Virus record (IMG/VR): IMGVR_UViG_3300020029_000067
Coordinates: 1 to 5,064 of that record
Length of the DNA stretch: 5,064 bases
Reading direction: 5' to 3' (one strand)
Source of the DNA: a virus
Shown here one piece after another: positions 1 to 4,869 of the stretch (within the stretch, counting starts at the first letter, position 1; each line of letters begins with the position of its first letter). The translations under genes and the position numbers were made by a program. A model generated the notes under the pieces. That model was not told where the DNA came from, did no database searches, and worked only from the letters and a program-made list of their open reading frames with translations.

Positions 1-121
1 AAATAAGCTTAGGCGGATAAGAATCCTGAATGGTCATATTCTCATCGTCAAGCGAAGTAACGGAATAAATATCATAGTCCTGAGGATAAAGCGCAAACAT
101 GGACTGATCGCGAAGGAATAC
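1..121. repeat. Terminal redundancy, copy 1 (identical to 4944-5064); a linearisation artefact of a circular genome
   Basis: Base-by-base comparison by eye shows 1-121 equals 4944-5064 (offset 4943). The repeat runs exactly to both window edges. Confidence 0.97.
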
Positions 122-220
122 AGTCGCAAACCAGCGCTCAAATTCCTCGATATTTGCGGCTTCTTTACAAAGAGCACACGAATTAGTTTTACGATCATGA
201 ACACAAAAAATAATTTTCAT
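1..220 (-). CDS. Hypothetical acidic 97-aa protein, 5' part (codons 1-73). It continues across the circular junction to the stop at 4870-4872.
   Basis: The ATG is at 220-218, 1 nt after the VP4 stop, and is preceded by the SD-like GAGGGAGA (about 227-234) with a 5-nt spacer. My translation is MKIIFCVHDRKTNSCALCKEAANIEEFERWFATVFLRDQSMFALYPQDYDIYSVTSLDDENMTIQDSYPPKLICSVDELFDIFKIARPNLARSSDEA. The ORF track misses it because the window start cuts it. Its position after VP4 matches where gokushoviruses carry VP5, but I cannot confirm homology. Confidence 0.6.
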   Translation of the reverse strand, partial: MKIIFCVHDRKTNSCALCKEAANIEEFERWFATVFLRDQSMFALYPQDYDIYSVTSLDDENMTIQDSYPPKLI

Positions 221-221
221 C

Positions 222-1118
222 CTAGTCTCCCTCGAGCGGTCGAATCAACTTTTTGGCAACCTCGATTTGATGTTGTTCCTTCTGAAGCAGGCGGGTGACC
301 GTCTCATTCTTAACCGTCTGCTTCCTTCGTGCTTTCAGCATATCAAATTTCTTAGAATCTGTCAAATGCAAATAATCATCATAATATGCCGGAGGACGCG
401 TAATCATGCCATCAGGCAAAACAACACGATCATAGTTATAGACATCATCAGAATACTTAACAATCCAATCATGAGCAATACCAGGCTTCCGAGACATAGT
501 GATAAATTCCGGCGCACGACCATTATAATGTGCAGGGGCATCCTTACCATATACCTTCTTAGTAACATAACGCGCTACATAAGCACAACTCTTAAAAGTA
601 ACATTGCCAATAGTATGAAAACCATAAGGCCAAACACGAAACAAAAAATCAGACATGTAAAGCGGACCATAAGGCGTTTGTCGTAAAAGCTGACGATCAT
701 CAGAAAAATCATAGCCAAATAAAATAAGATGATAATGAGGTCGCTGATTTTTATCACCATACTCACCACACGCAAAAAAACGGATTTTAATATTTTGAGC
801 AGATAAAGCTTTCCGCAAACGCTTCAGAAAAAGCTGAACATCACGAACGCTTACAGATCCGGAAGCCGGAAGGTGCTCATCGTCAAAAGTAAGAGTGAGA
901 AAACAATTCCTATCATGCAGGGACGCTTCGTGTACACATCTGACCGCCCATTGTCGAGAGTGCGCAAGCCTACATCCTATACATTTGCCACAGGGAATAG
1001 TGCAAGGTTCAGCGCCTCGCGCAGGCGGCGAAGCAGGCGAACCAAACACAATACGATAACCCGATTTCGAGCTGGCGTCCGGAACACGCCAGCAATCGAT
1101 CGGATGATAACAAGCCAT
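222..1118 (-). CDS. VP4: Replication initiation protein VP4 (HUH / rolling-circle endonuclease, phiX174 gene A analogue)
   Basis: The family motifs are all present: FLTLTF (motif 1), HYH in RPHYHLILFGYDF (729-737), catalytic-Tyr motif AYVARYVTKK (about 567-581), and the Cys cluster CTIPCGKCIGCR. I place the start at ATG 1118 (MACYHPIDCWRV...) because gokushovirus VP4 proteins typically begin M-x-C-x-x-P, and this start avoids overlap with the basic-peptide ORF that ends at 1132. In-frame upstream starts exist at ATG 1187 (with SD-like AAGGTG) and at GTG 1196 (the track start), so the start coordinate is uncertain. Confidence 0.93.
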   Translation of the reverse strand: MACYHPIDCWRVPDASSKSGYRIVFGSPASPPARGAEPCTIPCGKCIGCRLAHSRQWAVRCVHEASLHDRNCFLTLTFDDEHLPASGSVSVRDVQLFLKRLRKALSAQNIKIRFFACGEYGDKNQRPHYHLILFGYDFSDDRQLLRQTPYGPLYMSDFLFRVWPYGFHTIGNVTFKSCAYVARYVTKKVYGKDAPAHYNGRAPEFITMSRKPGIAHDWIVKYSDDVYNYDRVVLPDGMITRPPAYYDDYLHLTDSKKFDMLKARRKQTVKNETVTRLLQKEQHQIEVAKKLIRPLEGD

Positions 1119-1131
1119 AAATTCAAACCAG

Positions 1132-1251
1132 TTAGATCCGGAAACCACCGCGCATTGGGCGAGCACGGAGATTACGCTTTTTAACATTAACGACACCTTT
1201 TGTAAAAATCTTACGAGACTTCTTCTTAGACAATTTTCTACGACGTTTCAC
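1132..1251 (-). CDS. VP8: Small basic DNA-binding/packaging peptide (gokushovirus VP8/ORF8-like, functional analogue of phiX174 J), 39 aa
   Basis: This ORF is not in the track, so I translated it by hand. GTG at 1251-1249 follows AAGGGAG by 8 nt. The product is (M)KRRRKLSKKKSRKIFTKGVVNVKKRNLRARPMRGGFRI with a TAA stop at 1132-1134. About 40% of residues are K/R, and the C-terminal PMRGGFRI resembles the conserved C-terminus of gokushovirus DNA-binding peptides. It fills the gap between VP2 and VP4 exactly. Confidence 0.8.
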   Translation of the reverse strand: MKRRRKLSKKKSRKIFTKGVVNVKKRNLRARPMRGGFRI

Positions 1252-1265
1252 AATAAGCACTCCCT

Positions 1266-2168
1266 TCACTTAAGCGCACTGAAAGGAATCCAGCGCAATA
1301 ATTCACCTACAGACGTACCAAACCTATGAGCATAACCGGTTTTGATATCCTGGACAGACTGTTCCTGCTCATTAGCAAGTTTGATCCGGATCGAATCTTC
1401 AAGGGTACGCTTTGCAGACGCATCAAGGTTAGCAGCACTCGCCATATTTTCAGCCGTACCAGCAGCCAATTTATCAATTTCATAAGGCGTCAACTGCTGT
1501 AACCTAGACAATTCACCATAAGACTTGGCGGCAAGCGCAGAAGCGGCGCCAGCTTGAGCAAGATTAGCCTCAGACCGGGTACCAAGCTCAGAGACCTGAG
1601 CATCAGTAATACGCTTACTATTTTCAATATCCTGCAAAATTTTATTTATGTTAGCGTCAGCAACTTTAACCTGCATCTTGAAAACCTCAGTCTGTTGTTT
1701 AGCCTGAGCAGTAAGAGCAGTGATATTATCAGCTTTCAAAGGTATAAGGGTAGTTTCACCCTGAACCTGAGACGTCTGAGCAGACTTAAGCTTAGTATCC
1801 TGCAAGACATTACCAGCTTCAGCACGGGTCTTTTCAATCGTAGCCTTAATAGCCTCATTTTGCACCTCAAGATTTCGAGCCTGCTGAGCAGCCATAAAAC
1901 CAGATGTAGCGGCAGTGCCGAGATTCTCGTACGATCCACCAGAAGAAGCACCAAAAGTAGAATTACCACCATTAGCTGATAGAATCGGGTTAAGACCAGC
2001 GGCCTTCAAGTCAGCAATCTCAATCTGATGTTGCTTATACAACTGATCGTGCGCAAGCTGATAATTTAACTGAAATTGCTGAGCCTGCTGCTTATTAGCT
2101 TCATGGCCACCTAAGAAACCAAGGGCACCACCAAAAATATTACCAGCAAACTTACTAAACCAAGACAT
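1266..2168 (-). CDS. VP2: Minor capsid / DNA pilot protein VP2, 300 aa
   Basis: The ATG at 2168 is preceded by GAGGTGA with a 4-nt spacer and lies 13 nt after the VP1 stop. It has a Gly-rich N-terminus (MSWFSKFAGNIFGGALGFLGG), the characteristic DLKAAGLNPILS motif, and a long Q/A-rich region predicted to be coiled-coil. The track start at 2234 is a GTG inside VP1 and is unlikely to be used. Confidence 0.9.
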   Translation of the reverse strand: MSWFSKFAGNIFGGALGFLGGHEANKQQAQQFQLNYQLAHDQLYKQHQIEIADLKAAGLNPILSANGGNSTFGASSGGSYENLGTAATSGFMAAQQARNLEVQNEAIKATIEKTRAEAGNVLQDTKLKSAQTSQVQGETTLIPLKADNITALTAQAKQQTEVFKMQVKVADANINKILQDIENSKRITDAQVSELGTRSEANLAQAGAASALAAKSYGELSRLQQLTPYEIDKLAAGTAENMASAANLDASAKRTLEDSIRIKLANEQEQSVQDIKTGYAHRFGTSVGELLRWIPFSALK

Positions 2169-2181
2169 AAGATCACCTCGC

Positions 2182-3840
2182 TTAGAAGTGGTCAACGAGG
2201 CCAGGTACACCATATACCGGCATTGGGCGAGCACATTTCATCTCAATATAGCTATCTATAATAAACTGAGGCTCGCTCTGGACTGCAAGAATTCTAGACA
2301 CTGGCGGATCATCCTGAATAAACTGAGCGGAAAGCGTCGGGAGACTATCAAACTTCTGTGAGAGATGCCAAACATCAAGCGACTGAGGATCCGTACTACG
2401 AAGTTTACCAGTAATCATACTAGGGAAATAACGATATTCTGCGTATCTTTCCTGATAGCCGAAAACATCATCATCAACAGCAGTGCCCTGTGCATAGATT
2501 TCTTTGTTAAGGATAGCCTGTTCACCAAGGTGAGCAAGTACCGGCCAATAGAAGTCAAAGCGCGTGCGGCGAGAGAACATACGCGGAATGCCCTGCTGGT
2601 ACGTCAGATCTGCACGAACATTCAGAAGGCCAATAATAATGCCATGTTCAACGAAAGATTTAGTGAATCCGTGTTTAGCCGAAGTACTGGAAGCAAGGCC
2701 ATAAGCAGCGAGGTTGCCCTGCGGAGTTTCTGCACCGGTTGAACCGGTTGCGGAATTCTGCACAACCGGATTGATAATAACAGGGCTTTCGGATCCACCG
2801 AGGTATTCCGGACGCTGCAAGCGAGAATCCGGAGAGACAACGCCAAAGTGCGAGCGGAGAATTTCCGTGTAGCGGGTACCGCCGCGGGCATCACGTTCAT
2901 AAAGCTTCTGAAGCTGAAAAGCCTGACGAAGACTATTGATAGTAGCGGCAGTAACGGAAGAAAGATCAGCAATGAGTCCAGAATCACCAGACTGTACAAC
3001 ACCAAGAGCACCAGCCAAAGAAGTACTCTCATTAGCATTACCAGACCCGAGAGAACCATTACTAACTAAAGGATGGAACCGGTACGAATCATCAGAATTA
3101 GGGCCAAAATAACCAGAGTCAGCGCCATTAGTAACATGCAAGGCGGAACCGTTGCCATGAACAGGCGCATTACCACTAAGCGGAAGTTCGACGCCAGGGC
3201 CTTTCTGAGGCCACGGAAGCGCGCTGGTAAAATAATCATGACGCTTACCACGTCTCAAAAGATGATGAGCACCATTAAAGCCAGAATCACCAAGACCGAC
3301 GTCATCAAGTCCGGAAGCGGTGTTAATCTCAGCATAGGTTGAAAGGTTGATAGGATTCTGTAAATTTTCGTCTCGGAACCATTCGTTCCAGATAAGGGCA
3401 TAAGCGCGTGCGGCTAATTCGTTAGCCTTAATACCTCTCACGCCAGTCGGAAGACCAAAATAATCTTCAAGAGATCCAACAGGGAAACCACCTTCAACCG
3501 ACGCTGTAGTCTGCGGTACAAGATAATCAGTAGACGCGCCAGGATAATCCTGCTGACCATTAAACTGTTCCCAGTGTTTCCAAAGCAAGCGATACGGAAC
3601 GAAAAAATAAAACGTATCGAGAAACAGATTATCCATCGTAGGAACAACCGGAGTAGAAAGACGAGCAAGGAAATTAAATTTCACTTTGTAGCTATCACCG
3701 GGCAGAACCTCGTCAACGAGAAACGGCACAAGGTAGCCGCTGTCAAACGTAGATTTCCAACCGTGTGATCTATCAAACACAGACCGGGAGATTTGAGCTC
3801 GAGGGATCTGTGAAAACAAATGCTTCATAACCGATTTCAT
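2182..3840 (-). CDS. VP1: Major capsid protein VP1 (Microviridae F-protein family), 552 aa
   Basis: The ATG at 3840 is preceded by GGAAGGA with an 8-nt spacer. The N-terminal signature RSVFDRSHGWKSTFDSGYLVPFLVDEVLPGDS is typical of microvirus major capsid proteins. The size, including a long internal insertion, matches gokushovirus VP1. Confidence 0.97.
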   Translation of the reverse strand: MKSVMKHLFSQIPRAQISRSVFDRSHGWKSTFDSGYLVPFLVDEVLPGDSYKVKFNFLARLSTPVVPTMDNLFLDTFYFFVPYRLLWKHWEQFNGQQDYPGASTDYLVPQTTASVEGGFPVGSLEDYFGLPTGVRGIKANELAARAYALIWNEWFRDENLQNPINLSTYAEINTASGLDDVGLGDSGFNGAHHLLRRGKRHDYFTSALPWPQKGPGVELPLSGNAPVHGNGSALHVTNGADSGYFGPNSDDSYRFHPLVSNGSLGSGNANESTSLAGALGVVQSGDSGLIADLSSVTAATINSLRQAFQLQKLYERDARGGTRYTEILRSHFGVVSPDSRLQRPEYLGGSESPVIINPVVQNSATGSTGAETPQGNLAAYGLASSTSAKHGFTKSFVEHGIIIGLLNVRADLTYQQGIPRMFSRRTRFDFYWPVLAHLGEQAILNKEIYAQGTAVDDDVFGYQERYAEYRYFPSMITGKLRSTDPQSLDVWHLSQKFDSLPTLSAQFIQDDPPVSRILAVQSEPQFIIDSYIEMKCARPMPVYGVPGLVDHF

Positions 3841-3904
3841 ATTAACAATCCTTCCACAAATTATTTAAAGGGTTTAGAGAGTGAACGCGTTTAACGGTGT
3901 CACT

Positions 3905-3938
3905 CCAGCCAATTACATCAAGTAGGGTAATTGGCTGG
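3905..3938. repeat. Perfect 12-bp inverted repeat (hairpin, 10-nt loop) in the VP3-VP1 intergenic spacer
   Basis: CCAGCCAATTAC (3905-3916) is the exact reverse complement of GTAATTGGCTGG (3927-3938). No U/T run follows on the coding strand, so it is not a canonical intrinsic terminator. A weaker 6-bp stem (3879-3884 with 3900-3905) abuts it. Confidence 0.8.
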
Positions 3939-3986
3939 CCGGTGCTTACCGTTAGCAAAAATGCTTTTTACCGGTATCCTCAACCG

Positions 3987-4018
3987 ATCCGGATCACTTT
4001 TAATCCGGATCACTTTAC
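3987..4018. repeat. Tandem 16-nt direct repeat (15/16 identical), each unit carrying the palindrome ATCCGGAT; it spans the VP3 stop codon
   Basis: ATCCGGATCACTTTTA (3987-4002) is followed directly by ATCCGGATCACTTTAC (4003-4018). Because the cores are palindromic, the two copies can also pair with each other. That gives a 9-bp stem, 3986-3994 with 4003-4011, with an 8-nt loop. The VP3 TGA is at 4010-4012. Confidence 0.8.
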
Positions 4019-4453
4019 TTCTTTACCGGTACCTTCAACAGGTCCGGAAGGTACTTCAAAAGTACCGTCAACAGGTTTGTCAATAATTCCAATCCTAATT
4101 GCTTCAGCATAATCATCACTTCCTTCCTTTAGAGACTGAACAAACTCAAAATAGGCAGCAGGATCATTTCCAAATCGTTCGCGAACTTTACTTGGAAGGG
4201 AACTAAATGCATTATTAGCCGCCACTAGAACATTCTGAGCTTCCTGATAAGAAGGCATATCAGAATAATCACCAAATTGAGGCACACGAGACACCGGAAC
4301 AGTAGGATCTACAAGTACACCGGTGTTCTCAAAACGCGCAATGATGCAATTAATATCCGCGTCATCTTTAAATGACTGGAGCGTCTGCGAAGGCTGGTCA
4401 AACTTAATACCAGGCTTTTCGCCGGTAACAGAATAGCGAGAATTAAATTTCAT
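4010..4453 (-). CDS. VP3: Internal scaffolding protein VP3, 147 aa
   Basis: The ATG at 4453 is preceded by AAGGAAG with a 4-nt spacer. The QSFKDDADINCIIARFENTGVL segment matches the conserved QSFKDECDIN..I...TG core I recall from gokushovirus/Chlamydia-phage VP3. The 30-codon upstream extension in the track (GTG at 4543) overlaps the preceding ORF and is unlikely to be real. Confidence 0.9.
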   Translation of the reverse strand: MKFNSRYSVTGEKPGIKFDQPSQTLQSFKDDADINCIIARFENTGVLVDPTVPVSRVPQFGDYSDMPSYQEAQNVLVAANNAFSSLPSKVRERFGNDPAAYFEFVQSLKEGSDDYAEAIRIGIIDKPVDGTFEVPSGPVEGTGKEVK

Positions 4454-4658
4454 GATCTTCCTTTCCGCGCGGATCCGCGCTACAAGTATCATCAAATAAA
4501 GAGGTAGGTTTAAATTTACTACCTCTATCAAAATAAGATCCACAATTTAGACAAACAGCCACATAGTCGTTAACGCGGTACAAAACGTGTTGACAATACT
4601 TACAACGATCGAGACCGTCAGATACGAAACGATTAAAAGAAGTAGATACTTTAAGCAT
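4443..4658 (-). CDS. Hypothetical small zinc-ribbon-like protein, 71 aa (CxxC-x13-CxxC)
   Basis: It is the first ORF after the non-coding region, on the same strand as every other gene. ATG at 4658, TAA at 4443-4445. Its 3' end overlaps the VP3 start by 11 nt and contains the VP3 SD, which looks like translational coupling. The two knuckles are C19-K-Y-C22 and C36-L-N-C39-G, in RCKYCQHVLYRVNDYVAVCLNCGSYF. The only SD-like element (AAGGA) sits about 17 nt upstream of the ATG, which is far, so expression is not assured. Confidence 0.55.
   Translation of the reverse strand: MLKVSTSFNRFVSDGLDRCKYCQHVLYRVNDYVAVCLNCGSYFDRGSKFKPTSLFDDTCSADPRGKEDHEI
4467..4480. repeat. Perfect 14-bp GC-rich palindrome GCGCGGATCCGCGC just upstream of the VP3 Shine-Dalgarno sequence
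   Basis: The sequence equals its own reverse complement. On the mRNA it could fold as a 5-bp GC stem with a GAUC loop, a few nt 5' of the VP3 SD (4457-4463). It lies within the last codons of the zinc-ribbon-like ORF. Confidence 0.75.
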
Positions 4659-4686
4659 GACATAACATCACATCCTTAGGCTAATA

Positions 4687-4769
4687 ATGGGGGGAACCCG
4701 CCGCAAGACACCAGAGAACTTAAACAACAAAACAGACAAGCGCAAGTAAACGGCGGCATTTCCCCCCAT
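4687..4769. repeat. Long-range inverted repeat in the non-coding region: 10-bp + 6-bp helix closing a 47-nt loop
   Basis: ATGGGGGGAA (4687-4696) pairs with TTCCCCCCAT (4760-4769), and CCGCCG (4698-4703) pairs with CGGCGG (4751-4756). An asymmetric 1x3 internal loop separates the two helices. On the coding strand the enclosed loop is T/G-rich (TTTACTTGCGCTTGTCTGTTTTGTTGTTTAAGTTCTCTGGTGTCTTG). Confidence 0.8.
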
Positions 4770-4788
4770 GCCCCTAGGGCAATAAAGG

Positions 4789-4826
4789 AAAAAAAAAGGC
4801 CGCTGACGGATGGATACATCAGCGGC
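4789..4826 (-). terminator. Rho-independent terminator on the coding strand, downstream of the 97-aa ORF
   Basis: The minus strand reads GCCGCTGA-TGTATCCATCCG-TCAGCGGC-C-TTTTTTTTT. This is an 8-bp GC-rich stem (4799-4806 with 4819-4826), a 12-nt loop, and a run of 9 T (4789-4797). It is the only canonical terminator I see, and it sits at the end of the gene array. Confidence 0.75.
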
Positions 4827-4845
4827 TTGCCGCTGTAAACGGCAA
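4827..4845. repeat. Small hairpin (6-bp stem, 7-nt loop) immediately upstream of the terminator on the coding strand
   Basis: TTGCCG (4827-4832) pairs with CGGCAA (4840-4845). Confidence 0.6.
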
Positions 4846-4864
4846 AAGAGAAAAGAGAAAAGAG
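4844..4864. repeat. Three perfect tandem heptamers AAAAGAG (CTCTTTT on the coding strand), directly after the 97-aa ORF stop
   Basis: The copies are at 4844-4850, 4851-4857 and 4858-4864, followed by a degenerate AAGAA. On the coding strand this forms a pure pyrimidine tract between the stop codon and the hairpins. Confidence 0.85.
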
Positions 4865-4869
4865 AAGAA

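Noticed and set aside
787-793. Similarity to the phiX174 plus-strand origin core (ATATTAA within CAAAATATTAAAATC on the coding strand, inside VP4)
   Set aside because: Only a 7-nt AT-rich match, which is not significant in this composition. The gokushovirus nick site is not defined, so no call can be supported.
1119-1196. N-terminal extensions of track ORFs (VP4 to 1196, VP2 to 2234, VP3 to 4543)
   Set aside because: The extensions begin at GTG codons inside the preceding gene. The internal ATGs at 1118, 2168 and 4453 match the conserved protein N-termini, and 2168 and 4453 also have well-spaced SD sequences. ATG 1187 for VP4 does have an SD-like AAGGTG, so it remains a minority possibility.
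2734-2748. ACCGGTTGAACCGGT palindrome / direct repeat inside VP1
   Set aside because: A repeated Thr-Gly codon pair in the peptide ATGSTGAE explains it. There is no sign of function beyond coding.
267-3768. Plus-strand track ORFs 267-686, 873-1184, 1554-1979, 2365-2742, 2848-3069, 3073-3342 and 3574-3768
   Set aside because: All are antisense to strongly supported VP4, VP2 and VP1 genes. Their products are low-complexity (I/R/N/S/T-rich), as expected from reading the complement of T-rich-third-position genes. Microviridae encode all known genes on one strand, and no SD or motif supports these ORFs.
3897-4112. Plus-strand 71-aa ORF starting in the VP3-VP1 spacer
   Set aside because: It starts with GTG inside the hairpin region, has no SD, runs antisense into VP3, and contains no recognisable motif. 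It is most likely spurious.
4501-4525. 7-bp hairpin GAGGTAG...CTACCTC inside the zinc-ribbon-like ORF
   Set aside because: The stem is short, the loop is an 11-nt AT-rich stretch, and it lies within coding sequence. It does not stand out from the background of chance stems in 5 kb.
4844-4864. Possible CRISPR or satellite array
   Set aside because: Only three 7-nt units with no spacers. This is a simple pyrimidine/purine microsatellite, not a CRISPR array.
4659-4869. XerC/XerD dif-like attachment site, tRNA or other structured RNA gene, and a sigma70 promoter in the non-coding region
   Set aside because: I found no convincing match to the dif pattern (CATAA-6 nt-TTATGTTAAAT); the nearest is TTATGTCATGC near 4660. 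There is no cloverleaf or conserved tRNA boxes. The best -35/-10 pair (TTGCGC-17 nt-TAAGTT) matches only 3/6 and 3/6, too weak to annotate.
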